From a virus, in IMG/VR virus record IMGVR_UViG_3300015203_000004, positions 1-49,407 of that record: 49,407 nt of DNA; one strand, given 5' to 3'. The notes under the pieces were generated by a model, which was given only the letters and a program-made list of their open reading frames with translations, made no database searches and was not told the DNA's origin. Numbering within the stretch: the first letter of the stretch is position 1; each line of letters begins with the position of its first letter. Shown here piece after piece: positions 26,453-35,786 of the stretch. A program made the position numbers and the translations under genes.

Positions 26453-26615
26453 AACATCGGCCAAAAAAGCCCCCGTAACACAAAAAAACATCCTCCAGAA
26501 AGCAGAAGATGTAGTCGGGGGAGCGGCCAAAGGTATCGGCGATGCCTGGGAAAAGGGTCAGACGGCCCGTAAGGGTATCTGGAAGGACGTTAAGCGTCCG
26601 GGGAGCGGGAACTAA
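26394..26615 (+). CDS. Lysine/alanine/proline-rich H1-like small protein
   Basis: MATPAKKPKIAAKTPAKPSKTSAKKAP. Confidence 0.45.
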   Translation: MATPAKKPKIAAKTPAKPSKTSAKKAPVTQKNILQKAEDVVGGAAKGIGDAWEKGQTARKGIWKDVKRPGSGN

Positions 26616-26980
26616 TGGCAGGTCAGCCGCCTTCCCCTCAACAACCGCAACAAGGAGGGGCTCAACAGCCTCCTCCTAACATACCACCTGAGCTCCTTAT
26701 GGTGTTACTTTCTCACCTAATGTCTGCAGGCGGTCAAGCTCAAGGGCAAACAGGTGCCTCGCCTCCACCAAAAGACGGTTCGCAGACTGCATCTTTAGGA
26801 TCTTTAATGCCTCAACTTCTTCAGGCGTTAATGGGATCTCAAGGTCCTCAACCCGGTCAACAGGGTCAAGCACAACAAGCACCGCAAGGGCAAGAGAAGC
26901 CACAACAACAGCAAGCAGCAGTACAACAACAGAATCCATTGCAACAAATCCTTCAATCTTTGGGGATCAAACTCCAGTGA
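26615..26980 (+). CDS. Q/P/G-rich low-complexity protein
   Basis: QQPQQGGAQQPPP...QGQAQQAPQGQEKPQQQQAAVQQQ. Confidence 0.5.
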   Translation: MAGQPPSPQQPQQGGAQQPPPNIPPELLMVLLSHLMSAGGQAQGQTGASPPPKDGSQTASLGSLMPQLLQALMGSQGPQPGQQGQAQQAPQGQEKPQQQQAAVQQQNPLQQILQSLGIKLQ

Positions 26981-27417
26981 ATAAACCTTTTCTCTCTCAG
27001 ATAGACGATCACCTTGCTAGACCGTTCATCGCAGACTACTGTAATCGTTGGGGTATACCCCTTGATAAGGACGAAGACTATGCCTACGGCAGTGCAGTCC
27101 TATGGATGGGATCTTTCTATAGGGGAGCCCTACGCGCAGTATGTGGCTTATATGCTAATGATAGTTTACCCGACGAACTTTTTATCTATGGCTTCTATGG
27201 GGACGGTACCAAGTACCAAGCCCTCCCAATTCGGGCCTTGATTGCTCTAATTGAGGATATGCCGTATAATTACAAATACGGGTACATTGTATCCGATAAC
27301 CTCCCAATGTTGAAGACTATGCGTAAATTTGGTTGGGATGTGTTAGAAAATGGGCTCTTACCAGACGGTAGAGAAGTAGTAAAGGCGGGCATCAATGGGC
27401 GGCGCGGTACTAGATAG
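26977..27417 (+). CDS. Hypothetical protein (weak GNAT-fold resemblance)
   Basis: GTGA-coupled start; C-terminal ..IVSDNLPMLKTMRKFGWDVLE.. resembles an acetyltransferase C-terminus, weakly. Confidence 0.35.
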   Translation: MNKPFLSQIDDHLARPFIADYCNRWGIPLDKDEDYAYGSAVLWMGSFYRGALRAVCGLYANDSLPDELFIYGFYGDGTKYQALPIRALIALIEDMPYNYKYGYIVSDNLPMLKTMRKFGWDVLENGLLPDGREVVKAGINGRRGTR

Positions 27418-27847
27418 GTTTGAAGCCAAGTATGAGGCGATCATGGATGATCGCGGTTGTTTGGAGTGGACTGCCGCTCTTACTGACGGGTACGGGTCCT
27501 TCTGGACCGGCGAGAGACTCGTCCGGGCACATAGATTTTCATACGAAAGTTATGTTGGCGACATTCCTGTAGGTCTGTTTGCTTGTCACAGATGTGATAA
27601 CCGTTCCTGTGTAAACCCGAAACATCTATTTCTGGATACAAACGCCGGTAACATGCGAGATTGCAGTAACAAGGGACGTATAGTCAATCAGTTTCAAGGA
27701 AAGACAAACTGCTCTAAGGGACACGAATACACAGAAGAGAATACTAAGCGATACGTTCAGAAGGGAAAGGGCATACAACGCGTCTGCGTTACTTGTCGAG
27801 ACCTCACAGGACGTAAGCACTCCGAACAGAAGAGGGTAGCATCATAG
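27395..27847 (+). CDS. HNH homing endonuclease (HNH_3 type)
   Basis: GYGSFW..RAHRFSYESYVGDIPVGLFACHRCDNRSCVNPKHLFLDTNAGNMRD. Confidence 0.8.
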   Translation: MGGAVLDRFEAKYEAIMDDRGCLEWTAALTDGYGSFWTGERLVRAHRFSYESYVGDIPVGLFACHRCDNRSCVNPKHLFLDTNAGNMRDCSNKGRIVNQFQGKTNCSKGHEYTEENTKRYVQKGKGIQRVCVTCRDLTGRKHSEQKRVAS

Positions 27848-27900
27848 GGGGCGGCGGTAAAAATAGTGCGGGTAACGCTCAACAGACTGCCCTCAACAAC

Positions 27901-28746
27901 ATGGGTCAGCTTAATACCCAAATGCAGGGATATGCTAACGGACTAGCTCAGAACAATTCTCGATACTATCAACCTCTCCTCAGCGGCCTGTCCTCCTCTT
28001 ATGGAGCACAGGCTAATGCTGTTTCTCCCGGTCTTACTAAAGGACTTGGTGCTGCTGTTAACTCAGGTGGTAACCTTCAAGGGCAGACGGGCGTTAACCC
28101 GAACGCGGGTCTTCAGCAGTTAACTCAGTATGCTTCACAGCCTCAGAACACTGCTCTCCAGGGAGTTACTCCGGGGCTACAGCAGTTCTATCAGAACGAG
28201 CAGACTCAGGGTCTAAATCCGCAGTATGCCCAGAACGCGCAGAATCAACTCTCTCAGGCCAATCAGCAGGGCCTAAAAACTGAGATGGCTCATGCTGCTC
28301 CCGGCACCAACATGAATGCCCTGATGCAGAACAACCAGGCGCAATTCTTGCAAGACTCGACAAACCTCCAAGGTAATCTGGCAGGTCAGTCGCAGAACTT
28401 CGCCAACTCTGGAGCACAGGGTGTAGCGAACACTGCCGGAGCGGCAGACACACAGAAGTTAGGTCTTCTCCAAGCTGGGAACACTGCCGGCCAACAGGGG
28501 AATACTCAAGCACTTCAAAACTTACTCTCCTCTCTAGGAGTAGGAACTCAAGCACAAAGTAATACAAACTCCTTCATGCAACAAGGCGGAACAGATCTAC
28601 AGCAAGCTATGAATGCCCTTTCCGGCCTATCCTCTCAGAACGCTTCGATGGCTAATAGTTTCGGTCAGCAAGCACAGCAACAGCAGTCTGGTAAGAATGC
28701 AGCGTTGGGATCTGGTATATCCGCCGGCATGAGTCTTTTTGGATGA
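27901..28746 (+). CDS. Q/N-rich internal virion (ejection) protein candidate
   Basis: About 30 percent Gln+Asn, no Cys, position upstream of the transglycosylase protein. Confidence 0.5.
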   Translation: MGQLNTQMQGYANGLAQNNSRYYQPLLSGLSSSYGAQANAVSPGLTKGLGAAVNSGGNLQGQTGVNPNAGLQQLTQYASQPQNTALQGVTPGLQQFYQNEQTQGLNPQYAQNAQNQLSQANQQGLKTEMAHAAPGTNMNALMQNNQAQFLQDSTNLQGNLAGQSQNFANSGAQGVANTAGAADTQKLGLLQAGNTAGQQGNTQALQNLLSSLGVGTQAQSNTNSFMQQGGTDLQQAMNALSGLSSQNASMANSFGQQAQQQQSGKNAALGSGISAGMSLFG

Positions 28747-30077
28747 GAATAGCCTTTCACTCGCTTGAGATGCTCTCCCTCTCCTGGCAACGACGTCTTC
28801 TTGATGAAGGAGTCGATGTTCTTGTGTACGCTAAGGAATCTTATGCTCGCAGGGTGGGTCGAGGCATTGTTCCGTTGTGTGATTCCTTTGATGTATGGAT
28901 GAAGTGGGGTCTATCAGATCCTAACACCTTGTTCCTTTTTGATTTCACAGAGGGCGGAGATATAGCAGATCGCCTTCGTAAAGCAGGAAGATTAGTTCTA
29001 TGCGGGGGGTCCTTCCTAGATAAACTAGAGAAGAAACGGGAGTGGGGACAAGCTATTGCCGAACAAGCTGGTATTCTTTGCCCTCCTACTTTCCAGTTTA
29101 GCTCCGTGTCAGAATCCCTTGCCTTTCTTTCCTCAAACCCCGAACAGCAAAGTGGCGATGGCGGTTGGGCATGGAAGCCGTCGAAGGATCTCTCTAAAGA
29201 CTGTACTCTAGTTACCTCTAATTCTGAAGATATGATCCGGGGAGTTCAGAATATACAACGTCGCTTTGGGGATGCCATTCCATGTATAGTCCAGGAGCGT
29301 ATACCGGGTGTAGCTGTTAGTACATCCCGTTGGTTCAACGGTAAGACGTGGGTCGGACCCTACACCGGCACCATCGAAGAGAAGAAGTTCATGGATGGGG
29401 ACATAGGACCTGCTACGGGGTGTTCGTTCAACACCTGCTGGTTCTACGAAGAGGGTGAGCCGAAGATAGCTCAGGATCTTAAGTTCAAGGAATTAGAGGG
29501 TATATTCCGCTCCAAGAATGCACCACCAGGGTTGTATGACATCAATGCCATACTTAACAATGAGGGCGCTTGGTTCTTGGAGTGGACACCTCGCTTAGGA
29601 TACGACTCTGAGATGACTGCTCAACGAGGGTATTCTTCCATGAGTCAACTTCTCTGGAATGTGGCTACTGGGCAGAGTATTGATGACCTATATGACACTA
29701 GTGACATCTATCACGGAGTCAATATCTCTGTGCCACCTTACCCGAATGTCATTGAGAAGTTAGATAATGATAGCCCCGCCCTAGGTACTACTGTCTATGG
29801 TATAGATGGCACCTGGGATAAGTATTTTGTCGCTACCGGGGTAGCGCATAACATCGAGGAAGGTTTTACTGTCGCGAATCCTCTCGGGTATGTTGGCGTT
29901 GTAGTTTGCGAGAACGATTCCGTCGAGGATGGCTTCGATGATATACTTGATTACATTAAGGAGGAACTGAAAGTACAGAACCTCCAATACCGCACCGATT
30001 GTGCGGACAACATCAATGCCGACTTAAAAGAACTAAAAAAGATGGGTTGGAAGACCCACTCTAAGCTGAGGAAGTAA
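28743..30077 (+). CDS. PurD-like ATP-grasp ligase
   Basis: By-eye alignment to glycinamide ribonucleotide synthetase: LEKKREWGQAIAEQAGI, CIVQERIPG, EEKKFMDGDIGPATGC (cf. DHKRVGDKDTGPNTGG), FLEWTPRLGYDSE (cf. IEFNCRFGDPE). Confidence 0.65.
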   Translation: MRIAFHSLEMLSLSWQRRLLDEGVDVLVYAKESYARRVGRGIVPLCDSFDVWMKWGLSDPNTLFLFDFTEGGDIADRLRKAGRLVLCGGSFLDKLEKKREWGQAIAEQAGILCPPTFQFSSVSESLAFLSSNPEQQSGDGGWAWKPSKDLSKDCTLVTSNSEDMIRGVQNIQRRFGDAIPCIVQERIPGVAVSTSRWFNGKTWVGPYTGTIEEKKFMDGDIGPATGCSFNTCWFYEEGEPKIAQDLKFKELEGIFRSKNAPPGLYDINAILNNEGAWFLEWTPRLGYDSEMTAQRGYSSMSQLLWNVATGQSIDDLYDTSDIYHGVNISVPPYPNVIEKLDNDSPALGTTVYGIDGTWDKYFVATGVAHNIEEGFTVANPLGYVGVVVCENDSVEDGFDDILDYIKEELKVQNLQYRTDCADNINADLKELKKMGWKTHSKLRK

Positions 30078-30082
30078 ATGCT

Positions 30083-31273
30083 ATGTCTCTAGGATCGTTT
30101 CAAGCCCCTAATATGGGAGGAGGACTCTTAGGAATCCTATCTAGTGTTCTTGGTGGCATGCAACAAGGGAAAGAACAGAAGTTCGAACACGGCGAAAAAG
30201 TTCAGCAAGACAAGCAGAAGGCCGATGAAGCTGCTCAGAATCTGCAGATGAATCAACTTGCTATGAGGCAGACGGACCAGCAGCTTCAGCAGAACGCCAT
30301 TACGATGCAGCATAACGCCAAGGTGGGTGCTCAAGGGGATCTTCAGCAGCTTACTCAGCAGATGATTACTGATCCTTCACGGGCCAAAGATCCTGCATTT
30401 ATTGCTAGGTACAATCAGCTCTCCACTGCCGCCGGTCAACTTCCCGAGATGACTAAGGATGGGTCAGTTGATGTTAACCGACTAAAGCCTGGAATCAACA
30501 CCCTGGATCCAAAGCAACTTACAGCAATCATGGCTTTGCCCTCTGCTCAAAGGAAGACGGTACTCGACCAGTACTCCGGTGTTAATAAAAGCTTTTATAC
30601 TAATTCAGCAGTTGTATCTGTGAAAGATCAAATTGCCCTAAAGAAGATTGATTCACTCGATAGTCATTATATTAGAAAGGACCAAATTGAGGATCGTTTA
30701 GCTACTGTAAGATCGACATACTATGATGCGGAGACAAACGAACTGATACCGGCTAAGACAGGAGCTTATTATGCGGCAGCCAGTCTGGATGCTGCCAGAG
30801 GATTAGCCGTTGTAACGACGGCGAATGCAGCTATGTCTAGGGCTAATTCATATGCTACTTCTGTTAAAAACACTATGGAGCGTTTTCATTCATCCCCAAA
30901 TGGAGCACTAGGCGCAGTTCGCTCATTACTGACTACTTCTAGTTCGCAATTATCGAGTCTTCGCGCTGCGGTCGTTAGTGCGGAAAAGAGTCTATCAACA
31001 GATTATGGCAGTGTTACGGACCCGGATCAGCTTAGCGCCGCTACTCAGGCTGTAGCAGACGCTAAAGAAGCCTTAAAGTCTGCTGTAGAAGTAGATCAAC
31101 AACTACGTGCTAGTGTGAGAGGTAACCCACAGGTTTCCTCCTTCCTCGGCGCTGGATCCGGGAAACCCGCTGAGAACGTAGGATCTGGCAGTAATGCAAA
31201 AACTGTATACAGCACATCTGGAGGTAAGCCGATCATATCAACCGATGGCGGCAAAATCTGGAAGTATCAATAA
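30083..31273 (+). CDS. Q-rich coiled-coil internal virion protein candidate
   Basis: Composition and position (T7 gp15-like slot). Confidence 0.45.
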   Translation: MSLGSFQAPNMGGGLLGILSSVLGGMQQGKEQKFEHGEKVQQDKQKADEAAQNLQMNQLAMRQTDQQLQQNAITMQHNAKVGAQGDLQQLTQQMITDPSRAKDPAFIARYNQLSTAAGQLPEMTKDGSVDVNRLKPGINTLDPKQLTAIMALPSAQRKTVLDQYSGVNKSFYTNSAVVSVKDQIALKKIDSLDSHYIRKDQIEDRLATVRSTYYDAETNELIPAKTGAYYAAASLDAARGLAVVTTANAAMSRANSYATSVKNTMERFHSSPNGALGAVRSLLTTSSSQLSSLRAAVVSAEKSLSTDYGSVTDPDQLSAATQAVADAKEALKSAVEVDQQLRASVRGNPQVSSFLGAGSGKPAENVGSGSNAKTVYSTSGGKPIISTDGGKIWKYQ

Positions 31274-33741
31274 TGCCTATCGTCCCAGATGGGCCGATCT
31301 CTGATTCTCCGATCCAACCTGACGGCCCGATATCTAGCACTCCTATCAAACCTGACGCTCCAGTAGCATCTTCCCCTGTTTCTCCTCCCGCCGAGATAAA
31401 GCCAGACGGGGCTATCTCCGATAAACCAATTATTCCTGACGGACCTATCTCTCATCAGGCTCCTAACCCCATTCACACCCCCCATACCTTTGATGCCGTG
31501 ATAAACTCCGTATCAAGCAAGGTTGGGGTTAGTGCTCGCATGATGCAGGCTATTGGTATGCAAGAGTCTGGTCTTGGGTCAGGCGGTAACTACAATTCCG
31601 CGACAGGTCGAGACAAAGACGGTAATCAAGGCGTTAGTCCTTGGCAGTTAGACCCCGCTTCCGGCATCTCTAAGGACAAGCTAGCTCGTGCTGCAAAGGA
31701 CCCAGCCTATGCCGCCGAGTTATCTGCTAACATGATGTCTGCTAACCTCAAAGCTACGGGTGGTAACATGCGGGAGGCTCTCTCCATGTACAACTCGGGA
31801 AGTCCTACTTCAAAAGTTGGACTAGAGTACGCGGACAGCGTCATGAGGTTCATGAATAATGACGAGTCTCTCTCGGGCAGTGCCTCACTAATAAGTAAAA
31901 TTCAACATGATGCTAAAGCAGTAGTTCACGCTGCCACACACGGCGGTGTAACCCCAAAAACGTTAGCCGGTCTACAGACGACAAGACCCCTACATAATTT
32001 AGAAGTTCAAGGGCTCGAAGCCTGGGACACTCTAAGACACCATCCAGTTGATGGTGTCCTCAATGCTATGGGAGCCTTGCAACGCGGGATCGGCGGAACA
32101 CTACATGAATCGACTACACTGAAGCCAGGTGATTTGACCCCCGAGAAGTTGCAGGCCCATCTTCACAACATCTGGGATATGGTCATTAATCCTACTCCCA
32201 AGAATCAAGCCAAGTCCACTGCTGGACTTGGGGAAGCTGTTAATCTGATAGCTGGTAGAACACTCGTTCCATCTCATGCACAGATTGACTCATGGGTGAG
32301 AAACGGACTGCATGCGCCAGCGGTAATACAGCCGTACGTTGATGGCCTTCTTGAGACAGGTGAGGACATCACGGAGCAAGTCCTGACTGGCGGGCCAAGT
32401 GCTGTGGGCAGAGGTCTTGTTCATATCGGCCTAAAAGCCCCTGGATTAGTTGCAAGGGCTGCTCATGCTACTGCTGAGGGCATGGGAATAGCTAAACACT
32501 TCCCGCATCTTGACCTTTCTGCAAAGGCACACGATGCGCTCGCAGACGCATTCGTAGCACGTCGCGATCTCGATAGAGCCGGACTCACTCCTCAAGGTAA
32601 GAAGATTCGCCTCTCCATCGAAGAGAAGCATCTTAGTCTCAATCCCGATGATGTACACGCAGCCGCTCGTGGGGCTAATGCCGAATTTGGTAGACTTGTA
32701 AGAGAACAGCCGGGGAAATTTCATACAGGAGATCCTAGAGTAATAAGAGGTCTGGGACTGCAGGATAACTCGGGACTAATGAGAGCCTTCCGATCAGTTG
32801 AAGAACATAACCCTCTCGTTAAGGTTGCTAAGTTGGGTAAGCAGGCTATTCTCTGGAATCCCGTACCCCACGGTCTTGTGAACGTAGGCACTCTGTCATA
32901 TATGGCAGGCGGCATCCCCGCTGTTATGCGGGGTTTTGCTCATATGATTAAACCTGTGGCAGGTGTTGAAGACCGTCTAAAGACAATGGGGGGGATGCAG
33001 GATTACATCGTTCCCGCTAACAACAAAATAAGTCAAGCGGGAAATGATCTTCTTCACCACATGGAGGTCGGCTGGAGATCTGGACTGCTCGAGCAGCTAG
33101 ATAAGAAACTAGGCGCTTCGGCTCCTGGATCTGCAGAAGAATATCTAAAGGGCCATTTAATTTCAAATCGAGTAGGAGACTATCGGAATCAATCGGCATT
33201 CGTAAAGATGTTTCAGGCATTGGGGGGCCCTTTCGTAGCTTTCGGTCTAGGCATAGTTCCAGAGCAGTTCCTAAAAACCTTGAAGGAGGATCCCCATAGG
33301 ATCTATCAGATGCTTCAGGCTCAACAAGACATACAGAGTAACCGTCAGGGTAAACGTAAGAATACCATAGAGTTTAACAATCCCATGACTCAGGCGGCCA
33401 AACTCTTCTCGGACCCTGTTCACTATCTTACTAGCCCCTCTAGAGGGGGGGCCTTAGCGGAACTAGGTCAACTCAGAGAAGATGAAGATAACACTAGGTT
33501 CAAAGGTGTAGGTCAGTATGGTATAGACCTAGCCTCCTCCTTCATACCCGGTGCAGAAGACCTCGGTAAAGTAGCAAGTTCTCTGTCAGGTAACGCAATG
33601 CCCGGTCAGAAGATGTCGATAGTAGACCGCCTGGCTGTAGCTATTGAAGGTACTTTCCTTAATACCTTCTATCAGAAGGCAGAGAAGCCTAAGAATGTTA
33701 GAGCAGCCAAGAAGAAGATAAGCAAAGGAGTGGGGATATGA
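31273..33741 (+). CDS. Internal virion protein with lytic transglycosylase (SLT) domain
   Basis: MMQAIGMQESGLG (catalytic Glu-Ser), ..ALSMYNSGSP; 822 aa; T7 gp16-like role. Confidence 0.75.
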   Translation: MPIVPDGPISDSPIQPDGPISSTPIKPDAPVASSPVSPPAEIKPDGAISDKPIIPDGPISHQAPNPIHTPHTFDAVINSVSSKVGVSARMMQAIGMQESGLGSGGNYNSATGRDKDGNQGVSPWQLDPASGISKDKLARAAKDPAYAAELSANMMSANLKATGGNMREALSMYNSGSPTSKVGLEYADSVMRFMNNDESLSGSASLISKIQHDAKAVVHAATHGGVTPKTLAGLQTTRPLHNLEVQGLEAWDTLRHHPVDGVLNAMGALQRGIGGTLHESTTLKPGDLTPEKLQAHLHNIWDMVINPTPKNQAKSTAGLGEAVNLIAGRTLVPSHAQIDSWVRNGLHAPAVIQPYVDGLLETGEDITEQVLTGGPSAVGRGLVHIGLKAPGLVARAAHATAEGMGIAKHFPHLDLSAKAHDALADAFVARRDLDRAGLTPQGKKIRLSIEEKHLSLNPDDVHAAARGANAEFGRLVREQPGKFHTGDPRVIRGLGLQDNSGLMRAFRSVEEHNPLVKVAKLGKQAILWNPVPHGLVNVGTLSYMAGGIPAVMRGFAHMIKPVAGVEDRLKTMGGMQDYIVPANNKISQAGNDLLHHMEVGWRSGLLEQLDKKLGASAPGSAEEYLKGHLISNRVGDYRNQSAFVKMFQALGGPFVAFGLGIVPEQFLKTLKEDPHRIYQMLQAQQDIQSNRQGKRKNTIEFNNPMTQAAKLFSDPVHYLTSPSRGGALAELGQLREDEDNTRFKGVGQYGIDLASSFIPGAEDLGKVASSLSGNAMPGQKMSIVDRLAVAIEGTFLNTFYQKAEKPKNVRAAKKKISKGVGI
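31282..31458 (+). repeat. Tandem PDGPIS-type decapeptide repeats (about 30-nt period, 5-6 copies)
   Basis: VPDGPISDSPIQ PDGPISSTPIK PDAPVASSPVS..IKPDGAISDKPII PDGPISHQ. Confidence 0.8.
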
Positions 33742-33965
33742 ATTTTTCGCAGTCTTTACAGTATCTCAAGGATCGTATCATCGCAGTAGAGAAGGAGTTA
33801 AAGGATTCTCACACCCAACTTAAGGAAGAGGTTCAAAAGAATTTTAAGATCCTCGCAGGGTTACTACTCCTCGAGGCTATCCCTACTTTACAGGCTTTAG
33901 GTATACCTACCAAAGACATCATACCTAACGCCGTAAAACTATTACTCGGTTTTCTGCACATCTAA
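33738..33965 (+). CDS. Small coiled-coil plus hydrophobic-segment protein
   Basis: 75 aa; ILAGLLLLEAIPTLQALGI segment. Confidence 0.4.
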   Translation: MNFSQSLQYLKDRIIAVEKELKDSHTQLKEEVQKNFKILAGLLLLEAIPTLQALGIPTKDIIPNAVKLLLGFLHI

Positions 33966-33972
33966 GGATGAC

Positions 33973-35250
33973 ATGAACACGACCCTTCTATCGAAAATGT
34001 CCCATGACAGTCTCTGCGAGGCTGTTTCTCGTTTGGGTGGTCCTTCTCAGGCGGCCAAGTGGCTGCTTGAGCATTTTCACATAATTTCAGACTCCACTCG
34101 TTTGCCTATGACCTCTGAAGGTCTTCGCAAACACATTTCTCGTATATATAATCAAAGAATCATCAGGAGGGAGGAACCGACCCGACAGTCTAGGATTGAG
34201 AAGCTTCTAGAAGTCGCCAACATTCCTACTGAGGCTATTGGTCGTATTGATAGCGTAAAGTTGGGTATATGGGGAGTCCATGCTAAGGACGCGGATGGCA
34301 ACATCCAGACTAGCTATCTCGACAAAACGCAGATTTGTCTAAGTCCAGATGCTCCTGTTTTCCCGGTCGTCAACTGCGCGGAACCTAAGAAGATAGAGTT
34401 CACTCCTAGAGAGATCCATACCTTAAGGAAGACATGGCAAGCAGTCGTTGTGTCTGATACACAGATTGGTTTTCTACAGGATCCCGAGACGAAGGAGACG
34501 GAGACTATACATGATCCTCGAGCAATGGACATTGCCAAGAGGATTACCCTTGATGTATCCCCAAAGGAACTCTACTTCATTGGGGACTGGATGGACTGGC
34601 CCTTCCTATCCCGTTGGCAGCAGCATGATGAGTTTGACGCTGTCAACGAGTCCATACAAGAAGGCTATGACCAACTTTGTCAATTCATCTCAGCAGCCGG
34701 ATCCCAAGTAACTAAGAAGGTAATGATAGGTGGTAACCACGATGTCAGACCCGAGAAGTTCCTTCTGGAACACAACCGAAAGGCTATGCGAGTCAAACGA
34801 GCCGGAGATAGTTGGCCCGTCTTCTCACAACAGTTCCTTCTTCGATATGACGAATTGGGGATTGAAATGCCTGGATACTATCCCGGAGGAGAGTTTTATA
34901 TACTGCCCGATCTGCTTATCACCCACGCTCCTCCAAAAGCTGCTGAGTTCCAAGCCTCTGTCATCCATGGTCACACTCACCACCTCACTCGTTCCATGCG
35001 TGTGCAGCATGCATCAGCAGGACGACAGACCTACTTCACCTACGATGTTGGGTGCCTCTGTCAGACCGGGTCTACAAGCAACCCCTATCGTTTGATCCGT
35101 ACTCGCGTCCCAAGTGATCGTCCTCGCACCGACTGGGCACAGGGCATCGCAGTCATCAATGTGGTGGAGGGTAAGATTCCTTTCCATTCAGTGGACCAAA
35201 TTGCTATCACGGATCATAAAGCAGTCTACGGCGGTAAGGTGTATGAGTGA
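33973..35250 (+). CDS. Calcineurin-like metallophosphoesterase
   Basis: VVSDTQIG, FIGDWMDW, IGGNHD, VIHGHTHH motifs in canonical order. Confidence 0.7.
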   Translation: MNTTLLSKMSHDSLCEAVSRLGGPSQAAKWLLEHFHIISDSTRLPMTSEGLRKHISRIYNQRIIRREEPTRQSRIEKLLEVANIPTEAIGRIDSVKLGIWGVHAKDADGNIQTSYLDKTQICLSPDAPVFPVVNCAEPKKIEFTPREIHTLRKTWQAVVVSDTQIGFLQDPETKETETIHDPRAMDIAKRITLDVSPKELYFIGDWMDWPFLSRWQQHDEFDAVNESIQEGYDQLCQFISAAGSQVTKKVMIGGNHDVRPEKFLLEHNRKAMRVKRAGDSWPVFSQQFLLRYDELGIEMPGYYPGGEFYILPDLLITHAPPKAAEFQASVIHGHTHHLTRSMRVQHASAGRQTYFTYDVGCLCQTGSTSNPYRLIRTRVPSDRPRTDWAQGIAVINVVEGKIPFHSVDQIAITDHKAVYGGKVYE

Positions 35251-35545
35251 GTTTAAGAAGTTCGACGCAGTCATCGTGTTATGGGAGGACGCGATGACTC
35301 AGCACGGTCCCTGCAACTCAAAACACTATGTCAGAGAGTATGAGCCCGTCATGCGGAAGTCTATAGGCTTCTTAATAGCAAAAAATGACCGTCATGTTCA
35401 CATAACGGCCACTGATGATAGGATGTCTCATATGCTCGATGACTCAGATGATGTGACGACTATTCCGATAGGGATGGTTCACTCAGTGACTCTTTTAGTT
35501 CCTGCACAAAGTCCCCCACCTGTTGAGCAGAACAAACCGTTATAA
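35243..35545 (+). CDS. Hypothetical protein (last + strand gene)
   Basis: ATG 35243 overlapping previous stop; 3' end overlaps the convergent gene by 86 nt. Confidence 0.4.
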   Translation: MSEFKKFDAVIVLWEDAMTQHGPCNSKHYVREYEPVMRKSIGFLIAKNDRHVHITATDDRMSHMLDDSDDVTTIPIGMVHSVTLLVPAQSPPPVEQNKPL

Positions 35546-35786
35546 CGAGAGCCCCGTTATCCTCTAGACGATTCATGAACAAGACCTGGTTGGCGGTACG
35601 CCCCAGGTCTTTCTTCTTGTATGCCTCAGGGGTCTTCACTTCAATAGCGATGAGGAAGCCTCGATACACCCCTAGAATGTCCGGTACACCGCTTCTCTGG
35701 TATGGGCTGGAGCCGACCCTCCATGCGAAAATGCCCTCCCCTTTCAGGAAGAGCATGATCGCATCCTTTATCGAGGATTCTGTCAT
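35460..35786 (-). CDS. VRR-NUC / PD-(D/E)xK nuclease
   Basis: GVPDILGVYRGFLIAIEVKT. Confidence 0.6.
   Translation of the reverse strand: MTESSIKDAIMLFLKGEGIFAWRVGSSPYQRSGVPDILGVYRGFLIAIEVKTPEAYKKKDLGRTANQVLFMNRLEDNGALVITVCSAQQVGDFVQELKESLSEPSLSE

Noticed and set aside
26977-27900. Group I intron or split host gene around the HNH_3 endonuclease
   Set aside because: The ORF before the HNH is GTGA-coupled to the preceding gene. The frame of the downstream gene is closed by TAA at 27814, and no conserved intron secondary-structure elements were evident. A free-standing insertion is the simpler reading.
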